The notes: generated by a model not told the origin, from the letters alone. A DNA stretch of 64,000 bases from Gammaproteobacteria bacterium (GCA_965116495.1 OZ220696.1:2208001-2272000); one strand, 5' to 3'. Positions 37,533 to 48,276 are shown, counted from the first letter of the stretch. Numbers and translations are program-made.

Positions 37533-39836
37533 TTAGGGAATAGTGTCAAAGCGGACAAAAAATTCCTTCGCGCCATTAGAAATCTTGAACGCCGATTCAA
37601 GCTCTTTTGGAACAGGTACAAAGATTCGATCTTTGGTAATTATTGTTGTTGTCGGAAACATTGCGCCGCCTGTCGTGCCAGTCTCAAGCGGCTCCTTCAG
37701 TTTGAGGTCGTAATACAGGTTCAGTTCTCCAGTGCTGTCTGTAAAGATGTAGATTACACGGTGCGAGCCCCACATGAGCTTAGTCGTATGAGGCTGCCGT
37801 AGGAACTCGCCCTCTCTCCGAGCAAGACGCTCCGAGAGTGAAAGAAACATCTGAAAGCCATTAAGCTTCGAATGTGGCTCCCCAACTGTCAAAACCTTCA
37901 TGTCGCTGGTTAGCTCTAGTCGCAGAATAGGAGGTGACGCCTCATATGCATTGGCAGGTGGACCGTTATCTCCTGTACCAATAATGTCCGGTAACTCCTC
38001 CTCGACGGTGCCAATCTGATCCATTCGAACTTCCTGTCGTTGCCCGACCCCGTGCCCCGCAGATGATCTGATGACCTGTTCGAGATTAGCTTTTCCGGAG
38101 AGATAGTCAGCCAAGAGCGACTCTGCTTCGCCAAAGTCGCTTAAGTCGTATCTGAAGAGTTCCTCGTTCTCTTTAAGGCGACGATAGAGAGCGTCCCTTC
38201 CTTGCCTCGTGGAAGAAGGAACTTGATCGCGGATTTGCGGGTAAACGTGCTGCCTCACAAAATCGATCACGAACCCATGAAACACCTCCGGCGCCGATTG
38301 GTACGATTCAACGACCATACGTACCGCAGGCATATCACGTGCAAGCGAGATTTGAAGTCTATCGCCCTGACCTTCGATATGCAGGGACACGCTATGGCTG
38401 ATTGTGGCAAACGCGGCATCGACATCGGGCATGAAATAGTCATCAAGGAGGACACCTCTGAGACGCACCAAAAACATGGCTTCCTCCAGCGTAAGCTGTG
38501 TCTGGGGAAAACGCTCTACAAGAACTCTCTCCGGCACCTCCTCGACAGCCGAAATCTCGCGCAAGAAATGTAGTTGAAGTTTGCGTCTCGGATTAGCCTG
38601 ACTGACATGAAACAGGTTTGCTTCTTCACCAGAAAACCGTCGTTGAACTGTCGCGTCCTGTCCAGCGTAAAAAAGTTTAGACTTTACAGGCTCAAAGTCC
38701 CTTACGTCGCCAAGAGGCACCTGCCTATTACCTCCAGGAAGAACCGAGATCTTGATGTTCTTTGCAAGCGGAATAAGGCCATGGGAAAGAATATATCGTT
38801 GGAACTGCTGATTTTGATCTGCTGATACTGTTTGTGCGATGTCTTTTGACGCTTCAGCCTCGACCAAAGAGACGATATTATTGACAAACTGGATGCTTTC
38901 ACGGCTAAGTGCTTCCCGGCCGGCTGTAGGATTGAGGATGTTTAGGTTTACAAAACCACCAAAGTCATAAGCGCCCGAGATGGGAATTGGGGCAAGTCCG
39001 AACAAATTCCGAAAGCCGAGTGTCTGCTGGCCTCCCCCCTGCACAAAAAAAGCCTCACCCTTAATGGGATTGTTATTCAACGCAATATCCGTGATACGAA
39101 CAAGAACGCGCGCCTGCTCGTTAACGAACGTTCGAAGTATGCCAGATAACTGACCGTTAGATATGGTCCTTGAAGCGATTTCTTCAAAACCTTCAGCCTT
39201 GTTACCAAGTGTATCTTCAAACTGCTCCTGACTAATGATATTACCATTTACACGAACAGGAACAGGCAAAAAGCGGACATATTGTCTGAGATACTCTGAT
39301 GCCTCAGCCTCATTAATAGGAAAATCCGGATCAAGATCAGCCTTAATGATCGTGCCGGGCTCACGACCATCCTCAACGCGCTCAAGGTCGATGCAATTCT
39401 GTGCGATGCGCAAATCGGCGCGCTTGGCGGAGCTAATCAGTGTGACGCTGGTTTCGATGTTTCGGGACTCAACTTGCAAAGCAGTGCAGACACCGAAGTT
39501 GGCCATGGCCCCAATTCCGAATGTCCCAATTACCCCGGACCGTTGCGCAAGATCCGATTTCTTGCCGCTTGACCCTGCCTTCCAGAAGTTACTTCTCAAC
39601 ACTTCTTCCGTCATACCAATACCATCGTCGCGGACAGCTAGTTTTCCCTCACCTACGGTAATCTGTATCTCTCTGTCAGTAATCGGGAGATTATGGGCCG
39701 TACAGCGCATCAGAATGGCGTCATATGCATTCTGGACGTTTTCGCGTAAGAATGCCTTCGGAGAGTCATATATTTCAGACGAAAGAATCTGTAAGACTCT
39801 ATCGGTCGCGACATCAAATGCTATACGCTTTTTCAT
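37533..39836 (-). CDS. Hsp90/GHKL-type ATPase with long uncharacterised C-terminal region (not canonical HtpG)
   Basis: 'IYDSPKAFLRENVQNAYDA', 'DDGIGM', 'GSSGK', 'IGTFGIG'. Confidence 0.85.
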   Translation of the reverse strand: MKKRIAFDVATDRVLQILSSEIYDSPKAFLRENVQNAYDAILMRCTAHNLPITDREIQITVGEGKLAVRDDGIGMTEEVLRSNFWKAGSSGKKSDLAQRSGVIGTFGIGAMANFGVCTALQVESRNIETSVTLISSAKRADLRIAQNCIDLERVEDGREPGTIIKADLDPDFPINEAEASEYLRQYVRFLPVPVRVNGNIISQEQFEDTLGNKAEGFEEIASRTISNGQLSGILRTFVNEQARVLVRITDIALNNNPIKGEAFFVQGGGQQTLGFRNLFGLAPIPISGAYDFGGFVNLNILNPTAGREALSRESIQFVNNIVSLVEAEASKDIAQTVSADQNQQFQRYILSHGLIPLAKNIKISVLPGGNRQVPLGDVRDFEPVKSKLFYAGQDATVQRRFSGEEANLFHVSQANPRRKLQLHFLREISAVEEVPERVLVERFPQTQLTLEEAMFLVRLRGVLLDDYFMPDVDAAFATISHSVSLHIEGQGDRLQISLARDMPAVRMVVESYQSAPEVFHGFVIDFVRQHVYPQIRDQVPSSTRQGRDALYRRLKENEELFRYDLSDFGEAESLLADYLSGKANLEQVIRSSAGHGVGQRQEVRMDQIGTVEEELPDIIGTGDNGPPANAYEASPPILRLELTSDMKVLTVGEPHSKLNGFQMFLSLSERLARREGEFLRQPHTTKLMWGSHRVIYIFTDSTGELNLYYDLKLKEPLETGTTGGAMFPTTTIITKDRIFVPVPKELESAFKISNGAKEFFVRFDTIP

Positions 39837-41290
39837 CGCCTTGTTGATTTGAGCCTTGAGCTATATTTATCTCGAATTTCAATCACTGAAGGATCAGCGG
39901 ATTCAGCGATTATAGAGATATCAATGATCTCGGCTAGTCGCTTTCGCCTTCCGACATCCCATAGCGCGTCCATCACGTGAATTGCTTCCGCTTCACTTGC
40001 GGGCGGATCAAAAGTCTTAAGAAGGGATTTTGTGTCATTGAGTTTGAGCAGACAATCCAGAAGTAATTGCCTAGAGAGCCCCTCCTGTTTGACGACAGCA
40101 ATAAGAAGATCAACCGCCTTCTTGTATTCGCCCCTGATATGTAAGTCCTGCGCTTCTATCAGCACATTCGTGGTGTCGTTCATGGTAGAGAACCGTGGTG
40201 GAGGCGGATCGTATTTAAATTCATAGTATGGATAGGCATGAGACGGAAGCGCGCGGCGCCCCCATATCGGCAAGCGGAGATTGTCGTTTTGCACTTCCCG
40301 GACATGTAAGCGTCCGGTTCTTTCGGCGGTGCTGAGTTCAATGACGTTGTAGGCGCGCCCATGTCGGAAATCGGGGCCACCACAAAGTGTTCCCGCACTG
40401 ATGACGGTGATCTTCCGTTCCATCCCATGTCGGAACCTCGTATTTAGATACTGCGGTCGGTGCTGGTGTCCGTGCAATCCAAGGCTGAAACCACGATCCA
40501 TGAGGTTTTGTACGAGGTCGGGGTCCATGTAGTCAGAACGGGCGGGGGGGCCTTCGGTATTATGATGCCAAACCGCCATTCGCAGGCGGCTAGCATATGG
40601 TCGGTGACGAAGCCGGATTCCTGCTTCGGCTATACATCCGGGGTGTATCGCTCCTTGCCTGTTGTAAAGGTCATTGTTGTAGCAGCTCGAAAAACCGACG
40701 ATAGTGAGGTCAAACTCGGGGTAGTCGAAAATGTCGATTTGCTTGGCCGGATCAAGGTCATAGGACCGTTTGCCTTTGTAAAACTTGCGATAGAATTGGG
40801 CGAAAGCGTCCATGCGCTTCATATACATGGTTTGATCTGCGATCTTGTAGAGTTTCAAATCATGCCAAGACCACCGAAACGACGACTCAGGCAAGAAGAG
40901 TTGGTCAATTAGATCCTTTTTCCCATCCGGCAGGATGTCAATAAGTTCGAGGCTCTTGGCCAGATGGTAAGTGCTCATGTCGTGATTGCCGGGTACGATG
41001 ACTACGCGTTCTCGATCACCTTCAACAAAGCGCTCAGCGAGCTGGATCAAGAAATCGGACGCCTCGTCATACTGTTCGAGCAGGCATTTATAAGGTTCTG
41101 GAACATCGGACTTGATTCCGTAAATAATGTCGCCGCTTACAACAATCAGATTAGGAGGGCGGACTTTCGGATCTTCTTCGGTAGAGAAGTGACGGCAATC
41201 ATTTTCAAGTGAATCAAGCAAAACATCATTCCGTATTGGATTGTTTCTATCACGGTGTAAATCAGAGATATGCAGAATGGAAAGGTTCAT
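39833..41290 (-). CDS. Calcineurin-like metallophosphoesterase with helical (TPR-like) C-terminus
   Basis: 'HISDLH', 'SGD', 'PGNHD', 'WHH', 'HGHQH'; ATGA overlap with the Hsp90-like gene. Confidence 0.88.
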   Translation of the reverse strand: MNLSILHISDLHRDRNNPIRNDVLLDSLENDCRHFSTEEDPKVRPPNLIVVSGDIIYGIKSDVPEPYKCLLEQYDEASDFLIQLAERFVEGDRERVVIVPGNHDMSTYHLAKSLELIDILPDGKKDLIDQLFLPESSFRWSWHDLKLYKIADQTMYMKRMDAFAQFYRKFYKGKRSYDLDPAKQIDIFDYPEFDLTIVGFSSCYNNDLYNRQGAIHPGCIAEAGIRLRHRPYASRLRMAVWHHNTEGPPARSDYMDPDLVQNLMDRGFSLGLHGHQHRPQYLNTRFRHGMERKITVISAGTLCGGPDFRHGRAYNVIELSTAERTGRLHVREVQNDNLRLPIWGRRALPSHAYPYYEFKYDPPPPRFSTMNDTTNVLIEAQDLHIRGEYKKAVDLLIAVVKQEGLSRQLLLDCLLKLNDTKSLLKTFDPPASEAEAIHVMDALWDVGRRKRLAEIIDISIIAESADPSVIEIRDKYSSRLKSTRR

Positions 41291-41638
41291 ATGACTCCCC
41301 TAGAAGGAGCGACAAAATCATTCTCGTCAAATGGCAACAATACGAAGATATCATGTAAGCAACCACTGTAGTATCGAGGCGAATACAGGTGTTATGCTTG
41401 TCAGATCCCGGAAACCTAGCTTGTGCCCCACGGTATCGCACAGGTTCAGATACGTTTTCTCTTCCATGGAGCGAACGTTGTCCGCCATCCTCATCTGCAA
41501 GTGGATCTTCATATCGTCGTCGAGATTGCGGATCGCTTGCCATGGGTGGGAGTTCCGTTCACCCGCAAACCCAATTTACGCGGCGATTGCATCGGTTTCA
41601 TGCAGCACCTATTACCTGTTTCTGTTACCCGCGACAGC

Positions 41639-43231
41639 CTACGCAACCGGTTCCTCAAACAACTCGACTTGCTTTTCCCGTTGCGGTCGCGCCCACTCGG
41701 GTAACAGTTTGGTGATCGCTTCCGCAGGGACATTCCCGAGTTCATTCGGTTCCAGCTTGTGCAGTCCGCCACCGTAGACGCGACCTTCCCTAAGCATCGC
41801 CTGCGGGCAAATCTCGTTCAGGAACTCCCAGACCTGTCGTTTCAGAGCTGGCCTATCTTGTAGAGCGCGCTTGATAGGTCCCTTCGGGTACAACATCAAA
41901 TACACGTTCGCAGCCGTTGCCTTCGAATTGTTCAGTATGAAACGAAACGGCTTGCCACTCTTTTTGTCACTTCGGCCGAGATAGGTACAGACGAACGGTG
42001 CCGGAGGCCGGTATTCCTGCGTGTACCACAGCGTCCGATGCCGGCAGAGATAGCGATCAGCGATGCCTTCCGTCTTGCCTTCTTCTAGATAGTCCCACAG
42101 CCTTGGATAGCGTTCCCTGATCTCGTTTTCCGTCCATGGAGGGTCAAGCAGGAACAAACGCCGTTCCAGCACTGGGTTACCTTGCCGATCACCTTTGATC
42201 TCGTCGTCCGGCACATAGCGAGGGCTCGGCAGGATCGGCTTGAATGCTCCCAGTGGCAGCCTACGTCGCTCAACCTCCTGCGCTGACAGAATGAAGTAGT
42301 TGTTGTTGCCCGTAGCTAGGCCCCGCTTGATCTTGAAGAAATCGCCCAGCACCAGCCCCTCAGCCGCTTCATAGCCCTCCTTCATCGGATAGCGTGTCCA
42401 TTTTGGATCGCGGCGCAATGTCTGGATCGGTATCAACCGTTCCAGTTTCGGTCGTTCCAGCGTTCCGCCATAGGTAAATCGCACATCATGTCCTATTTGA
42501 GGAGGTTTGTTGCGGAACCACACCACGGCCGACGACACAAGCGAGTCACCGAACTGCACATCGTTCGGATCGAAGCGATGAATGTGCAGAAGAGTCACCT
42601 TGTCAAGCAAGTAACGTTTTACCGAGATGCCGTAATTTACGTCCATAAACTCACTCGGGATCAACCACCCCGCTAGGCCACCCTCGGCCATCCACACATG
42701 ACTCAAGCCTAGGAAATAGCAATATAGACCGGCCAGTCCGTTGATCTCCACCCCAGAGAAGTCCAGCGTACGTAGCTTCAATCGTCGTTTCTCGCAGTTA
42801 ACGATATGATGGTGCCGCACATAGGGTGGATTACAGATCAGCAGGTTGAACTTTTCGGCAACCCCTGGCGCTTCAGCATGTGTGAAGTCTTCTAGGCGGA
42901 TATCCAGCCCCGTCTCACCCCATAGTTTCGCCGCCGGTCTGCCGTAATGCGGATCGACCTCAAACCCCAAAGCAGCAGCGATACGGGCCTGCGGAAACAC
43001 ATCCAGCAGCGCCGAGTAGAATGAGCCTGTTCCGAACGCCGGGTCCATGAACCGCACTTTCTCGTTCTTGGCGAGATGCGCCTTCGCGTAGCGCTGTATG
43101 TCGACAGCCAAGCCCGTCGGCGTCGCAAACTGCCCCATCCGGTTTCGCACCGTCGCGTCTCTATGTACGTCCAGTTCTTCCTGAAGGGCGAGCCGCCGCG
43201 CCTCCAACTCTGCGACTTCTTTCTTCATCAT
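41639..43231 (-). CDS. N6-adenine DNA methyltransferase (Eco57I/TaqI-like, M.XamI-like)
   Basis: 'GQFATP', 'DPAFGTG' (motif I), 'NPPY' (motif IV), 'GRVYGGGLHKLEP'. Confidence 0.9.
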   Translation of the reverse strand: MMKKEVAELEARRLALQEELDVHRDATVRNRMGQFATPTGLAVDIQRYAKAHLAKNEKVRFMDPAFGTGSFYSALLDVFPQARIAAALGFEVDPHYGRPAAKLWGETGLDIRLEDFTHAEAPGVAEKFNLLICNPPYVRHHHIVNCEKRRLKLRTLDFSGVEINGLAGLYCYFLGLSHVWMAEGGLAGWLIPSEFMDVNYGISVKRYLLDKVTLLHIHRFDPNDVQFGDSLVSSAVVWFRNKPPQIGHDVRFTYGGTLERPKLERLIPIQTLRRDPKWTRYPMKEGYEAAEGLVLGDFFKIKRGLATGNNNYFILSAQEVERRRLPLGAFKPILPSPRYVPDDEIKGDRQGNPVLERRLFLLDPPWTENEIRERYPRLWDYLEEGKTEGIADRYLCRHRTLWYTQEYRPPAPFVCTYLGRSDKKSGKPFRFILNNSKATAANVYLMLYPKGPIKRALQDRPALKRQVWEFLNEICPQAMLREGRVYGGGLHKLEPNELGNVPAEAITKLLPEWARPQREKQVELFEEPVA

Positions 43232-44197
43232 TTATAACCCAAACTCTGCGAGATCGTTGATACGGTGCTCCCAGACCCAATCGATGCCTTCCGCCGCCTC
43301 GTAACCGAGATAGCCGCTGTCGAAATACCCGCAAAGAAACAAGATGTAGCGAACGTTATGACCGTAGGTCCGGCGCAGCTGGTTCATCTTCGTAGCTTCT
43401 TCCTTACGTCGCTTGTTGACGTTTGTGAAATCTCCTGCTGACTTTGCCTCGATCAGCAACGGCAGATCACCTGCGTTCGCCGCTTTGGGCATCACTACCG
43501 CATCCACGGGGATATTGACGGTCTTGGCCGTACCTCCCTGCTCGACCGGCACGTTGAGCCGGAACGAATACGTCCCTGGCTGCAGCTCGTCATATTTCGT
43601 GCCCTCGCCTCGCGGTCGGTTTTCATACTCCAGAGCCGTCAACCATTCGTCGATCGCGGTGAGCTGACGCTTTTCCTGTGCGTTACGGATGATCGGATTG
43701 GCGACAGCCCCGCACAGGCGATCGGCCACGATCGTCGCGGCCCGGTACAGTTCCTGTTCGTGCGGCTCATCCCCGCGCTCCAGCCAAACGAAGACATCTG
43801 GATCGGCCATCTTCTCAATGATTTCCCCGATCTTCTCAAGGTCGCTGTCCAGCCCCCGCCGCGGCATTCGCTGCGGGAGCCTGTTGTCCTTCTCCATCGA
43901 CTTGACCAGATTACCGGAGACGCCAGAAAGACCGATCAGACGATCCACGGCCAACGGTGGGCAAGTAGACATCCGCAGTGATGGCAACACCGAGGGCTTC
44001 GCCTTCAACAGGTCCACCCCCACATCCGTCAGGTTCTTCGTCGCTTTAAGCGTCGCTTCGACATCCTTTGTGGTCTGCAGCCGCGTCTTCCGGTAGGCCT
44101 CCGGTGCAAAACGCATGAACCAGTCGTTGTACATGTCTACCGACTGCACAATGTCCTGTTTCCACCGGTCCGGCTTATCCCTGTTGGCTGCCATCAC
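43232..44197 (-). CDS. XamI-family type II restriction endonuclease
   Basis: 'IEAKSAGDFTNVNKRRKEEA', 'LCGYFDSGYLGYEAAEGIDWVWEHR'; directly upstream of the MTase. Confidence 0.82.
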   Translation of the reverse strand: MMAANRDKPDRWKQDIVQSVDMYNDWFMRFAPEAYRKTRLQTTKDVEATLKATKNLTDVGVDLLKAKPSVLPSLRMSTCPPLAVDRLIGLSGVSGNLVKSMEKDNRLPQRMPRRGLDSDLEKIGEIIEKMADPDVFVWLERGDEPHEQELYRAATIVADRLCGAVANPIIRNAQEKRQLTAIDEWLTALEYENRPRGEGTKYDELQPGTYSFRLNVPVEQGGTAKTVNIPVDAVVMPKAANAGDLPLLIEAKSAGDFTNVNKRRKEEATKMNQLRRTYGHNVRYILFLCGYFDSGYLGYEAAEGIDWVWEHRINDLAEFGL

Positions 44198-44245
44198 TTG
44201 CTTTTCTCTGACTTGATCTGACCGCTTTGCCTGCCAGTAACGCCC

Positions 44246-44440
44246 TCATATCTCTTGAAAAAACTCGTTCAGGCACACATTTCGGCCTGCCGCCCCTTTC
44301 TTGAAAGCGTCCGCCGTCTGCTTCGGCAACCTGATCTGGATAACCTGCGTCGATTCTCGCGCCACCATCCCACTACTTTCTCCTTGGTTTGCTGCTAGTT
44401 TCATTGTTGTCGACGAGTCGGCACTTGTCAACAGCAGCAA
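44246..44440 (-). CDS. Small hypothetical protein, possible RHH DNA-binding remnant
   Basis: 'VIQIRLPKQTADAFKK.AA.RNV.LNEFF' resembles a ribbon-helix-helix; upstream of the REase. Confidence 0.3.
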   Translation of the reverse strand: MLLLTSADSSTTMKLAANQGESSGMVARESTQVIQIRLPKQTADAFKKGAAGRNVCLNEFFQEI

Positions 44441-44568
44441 CGCTCACTCGAATCTCCTTCAGACGACTACGCGGAACGTGCTCGGAGATGATTCGCCGGT
44501 CATCTTGCCCAATCACCGCAACGGCTCCAACATCTTGCGACGCCGACGTTTAAAGCCGGTAGCATTGT

Positions 44569-44745
44569 GCAGAGCAACCCTTTTGGGCGAGGGGATATTT
44601 TGTCTCGACGATGGGTCGGGATGAGCAGGTTATCCGGGAGTATATACGAGATCAGGAGCGAGAAGATCAACATATTGAGCAATTGAACTTGGTGTTTGAG
44701 CGGTTCACAAACTAAAGCCCCCGGCTTTGCCGGGGGATATTTACT
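44569..44745 (+). mobile_element. Partial second copy of the IS200-like element (tnpA 3' part and right end)
   Basis: Near-identical to about 37053-37286 but lacks roughly 37181-37236; has CAA where copy 1 has the TAA stop. Confidence 0.88.
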
Positions 44746-44841
44746 ACGAGTTCATCGCAATATTGAAATGCTTGGCTCTCATTGATAGTGTCCGCTAAAA
44801 AGTGTTACATTTAGTCAACCCAGCCGATAATTTTTACTTTC

Positions 44842-45867
44842 ATGCCTGCCGACGATATAAAACAATTTATCCATGAGATACCGAAAGCAGAGTTGCATAT
44901 ACACCTGGATTCGGTTCCCCCGGAATTACTGCTGAGATGTGCACGGCGTAATAATGTGGAGCTTCCTTTTTCGGACGTTAAGGGCGCAATCGAGTGGTAC
45001 CGGTTCAATGACCTTGAAGAATTTTTACAGAAATGGGAAGTGACTACCGGCGTGTTATTTACAGAAACCGATTATTACGAGATAGCTCTGGAGTTGGGCA
45101 AGGACATGCAGCGACAGAACATCATTCGGCGGGAAGTGATGTTTACCTATGCGGCTGCCCATGAAGGCAGGGTGGAACTGGATACGATTATGCAAGGACT
45201 GGCCCGTGGCCGTCAGCAGGTAAAGGAAGAATTCGGTCTTGATCTTTATTTTATTGCCGACATTGATCGGACCATCAGTCCGGAACGAAGCCTGAACTAT
45301 GTTAATGAAATTGCAGCCTATAAAGACGAAGTCGGGATCCTTGGAATCGGATTGGATTGCCAGGAGGTGGGTTATCCTGCCGGTGTTCACAAAAATGCGT
45401 TTGCTCGCGCCAGGGAACTCGGCTTTAAATTATCTGCCCATTGTGGTGAGGAATATGCTGCGGGGCCTGAAGGCGTCTGGGATGTGGTTAACGACCTGAA
45501 CGTGGACCGGATTGACCATGGCAACCAGGCAATACGGGATAATGATCTGATCGAACATATTGTCGGGCATGATATTCCCATGACTCTTTGTCCGGTAAGC
45601 AATGTTTCGATCAATGTTTATGAGTCGATTGCAGAACATCCGATTATTGAATTGAGAAACAGGGGCGCTACCGTTACGGTAAACTCCGATGACCCGCCTT
45701 TTTTTCAAACGGATTTAAATACAAATTTCACTCAACTGGCTGAGGCGTTCAATCTTGGTGTGGACGACATCATTCAACTGGTCCGAAACAGTTTTTCCTG
45801 TTCTTATGCCTCAGACGAAGAAAAGACTGCTTATCTGGCCGGATTGGATGATTGGTGTCGTGGGTGA
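44842..45867 (+). CDS. Adenosine/adenine deaminase family amidohydrolase
   Basis: 'PKAELHIHLD', 'AHCGE', 'RIDHG', 'CPVSN', 'NSDDP'. Confidence 0.9.
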   Translation: MPADDIKQFIHEIPKAELHIHLDSVPPELLLRCARRNNVELPFSDVKGAIEWYRFNDLEEFLQKWEVTTGVLFTETDYYEIALELGKDMQRQNIIRREVMFTYAAAHEGRVELDTIMQGLARGRQQVKEEFGLDLYFIADIDRTISPERSLNYVNEIAAYKDEVGILGIGLDCQEVGYPAGVHKNAFARARELGFKLSAHCGEEYAAGPEGVWDVVNDLNVDRIDHGNQAIRDNDLIEHIVGHDIPMTLCPVSNVSINVYESIAEHPIIELRNRGATVTVNSDDPPFFQTDLNTNFTQLAEAFNLGVDDIIQLVRNSFSCSYASDEEKTAYLAGLDDWCRG

Positions 45868-45983
45868 ATCCAGGATATGATTTTGTGTATTCCAGGTATG
45901 TTACTTTAACGAGAATCTTTTTATTATAGGATACTGTATTATTCGATTATTACGATCCGGATTCCAAATTATTTGGGGGGCTT

Positions 45984-48224
45984 ATGAAGCTTAACCTGTG
46001 TTCTCGCATTTACGTCTGCATTCTCTGTTCCGTAATCTTTCTGAGCTTGGTTGTGCCGGTAAATGTTCCCGCCGATACTCTCGAAGAAGTGATTGTCACC
46101 GCAAAGAAGCGTGAAGAAAGCCTGCAGGATGTCAGCATTTCAATCACGGCATTTTCAGGTGAGGAAATCAGGAATCGCAACCTGATTACTTCCAACGAAC
46201 TGGGTCAATATCTGCCGGGTGTCCAGGTTGAAGCTGCATCGGGAAACCAGTTTGCAAAAACCATCATTCGTGGCTCAGGAAGCGTGGATTTTGCCGGAAA
46301 CGCGAATACGACAGTCGGTGTCTATTCAGATGAAGTTTACATGAGCAGCATTTTTGCCCATACGCTGGTGCCTTTTGACATGCAGCGTGTGGAGGTTTTG
46401 CGAGGACCGCAAGGCACGCTGTACGGGCGTAACGCCACCGCCGGCGCAATCAACTATATTACCAACAAGCCTGAGCAGGAGTTTCATGGGTACGGTACCA
46501 TCGGCTATGGTAACTATGACGCCGTGCGCCTCGAAGGGGCGGTGACGGGTGGGGTAACGGAAAATCTTTCCCTGCGAGTCGCGGGAACCTACCAGAATGA
46601 TGATGGCTGGATGGAAGGCAGGTCTACCATACCGGGGACGATTGGCGGTACGTTTAACGATACGGATCAGTATTACTGGCGTGGCATGGCCTTATGGACA
46701 CCGCAAGAGAACATTGAAATTCTATTTAACGTACATGGGTCCCAGGACCATTCCAGCGGATTTCAGTACCAGCAGGTCGGTACCGTGGACCCTAATACAT
46801 ATGCGACCAACTGTGATGCCACGGTAAGAGACGACTGTATCAATTTTGATGGTTACACGGACCCGGACGGAATTGAAGAACGTGGCGATCCTACTGCCGG
46901 TGACTTTGATCTCTTCGGTCCCAGCGATCTTGAAACCCTTGGCGGTTATATACGGATTGACGTGGACTTCGATGGTTTCAGGGCCACGTCCATAACGGCT
47001 TATGACAAGTTTCAGCGAGCTATAACAGGTGACGATGATGGAGGCCCCAGTGCAATCAGCCATAACATCTATCGGCATGAAACCAGAACGTTTTCAGAAG
47101 AGGTTCGACTGACATCGACAAGCGAAGGACCCTGGGACTGGATAGTGGGTCTTTATTATGCGTCGGAGGAATTGCCGTCGACGAACGAATACGAATTCTT
47201 TGGTTTCATCACGTATTCAAATTACAAACAGGAATCGGACCATTTTGCAGCTTTTGCAAACCTGGGATACCAAATCAATGAGTTATTCAAGGTCTATGGG
47301 GGTCTCCGTTACACGAGGGATGAAATCGAAATTTATCATAACAGCGATTTATTTGACCCGCCTTACCCTGTAGGCTTCGGAACAGGGTTAAGTGTGTTTG
47401 ATCCGGGCACCAGTGGTGAACGCACATACGATGACGTGACGTGGAAAGTGGGTGTTGATTTTACGCCTGATGACGATTTGCTGGTTTATGCACATGTCGG
47501 CACCGGTTACAAGAGTGGCGGGATCAATGTCGGTTTTGGTGACCCTGCAGAGTTCAACATCTATGATGAAGAGACCATTCTTGCTGTTGAAGGCGGGTTC
47601 AAATCAACCCTGTTTGATGGCAGGGCGCAACTGAATGTATCCGGATTTTATTATGATTATGAAGACCTTCAGGTGTTCGATAATTTCATCGGCTCATTCG
47701 GCAACCTGCTGATTGTGCTCGGCAATGCGGACCAGGCAGATTATTACGGTATGGAAGCGGAACTGAAGACACGCCTCATCGATAGATTGGATCTGAACTT
47801 TGGTGTCGCATACCTGGATACGGAATTCAAGCAATTTACACGTGCTGTCACGGGTCAGGATCTTGCCGGGCATAGCAATGTGTATGCGCCGGAGTGGAAA
47901 TTTGTCGGCAACCTGGCTTACGAGTGGCCGTTACAAACCGTAACTGAAGGTACCCTGGCATTCAATTTTGACTGGAGTTGGACCGATGAAATGTTTCACA
48001 GCGTGGAAAATCATCATGCCGTACGGTCAAAAGCCCGTTGGCTGGTTGGCGCCCGGATATCTTATCGAATGTTGAATGAAAAGCTGGAGATAGCTGGTTG
48101 GGGGCGTAACCTTTCGGATACCAAGTACCGTGTACAAACATTCGATTACACCAGCATCGGGCTCCAGACCTCTGTGCCAAACAGACCGCGTACTTACGGT
48201 GTTGAGATCAGTTATAACTGGTAG
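45984..48224 (+). CDS. TonB-dependent receptor
   Basis: TonB box 'LEEVIVTAKKREE', 'RVEVLRGPQGTLYGRNATAGAIN', C-terminal 'PRTYGVEISYNW'. Confidence 0.93.
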   Translation: MKLNLCSRIYVCILCSVIFLSLVVPVNVPADTLEEVIVTAKKREESLQDVSISITAFSGEEIRNRNLITSNELGQYLPGVQVEAASGNQFAKTIIRGSGSVDFAGNANTTVGVYSDEVYMSSIFAHTLVPFDMQRVEVLRGPQGTLYGRNATAGAINYITNKPEQEFHGYGTIGYGNYDAVRLEGAVTGGVTENLSLRVAGTYQNDDGWMEGRSTIPGTIGGTFNDTDQYYWRGMALWTPQENIEILFNVHGSQDHSSGFQYQQVGTVDPNTYATNCDATVRDDCINFDGYTDPDGIEERGDPTAGDFDLFGPSDLETLGGYIRIDVDFDGFRATSITAYDKFQRAITGDDDGGPSAISHNIYRHETRTFSEEVRLTSTSEGPWDWIVGLYYASEELPSTNEYEFFGFITYSNYKQESDHFAAFANLGYQINELFKVYGGLRYTRDEIEIYHNSDLFDPPYPVGFGTGLSVFDPGTSGERTYDDVTWKVGVDFTPDDDLLVYAHVGTGYKSGGINVGFGDPAEFNIYDEETILAVEGGFKSTLFDGRAQLNVSGFYYDYEDLQVFDNFIGSFGNLLIVLGNADQADYYGMEAELKTRLIDRLDLNFGVAYLDTEFKQFTRAVTGQDLAGHSNVYAPEWKFVGNLAYEWPLQTVTEGTLAFNFDWSWTDEMFHSVENHHAVRSKARWLVGARISYRMLNEKLEIAGWGRNLSDTKYRVQTFDYTSIGLQTSVPNRPRTYGVEISYNW

Positions 48225-48276
48225 TGGTAAAGAAGGGTCGCTGGGGACAGACACATTCTGTCCCCAATAGTTTAAA

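Noticed and set aside
37533-39836. Chaperone htpG
   Set aside because: Only the N-terminal ATPase motifs match; I see no HtpG middle or C-terminal motifs, and the gene sits in a mobile cassette.
41331-41638. Short overlapping ORFs between the MTase and the phosphoesterase
   Set aside because: No recognisable motifs; at most a degraded remnant.
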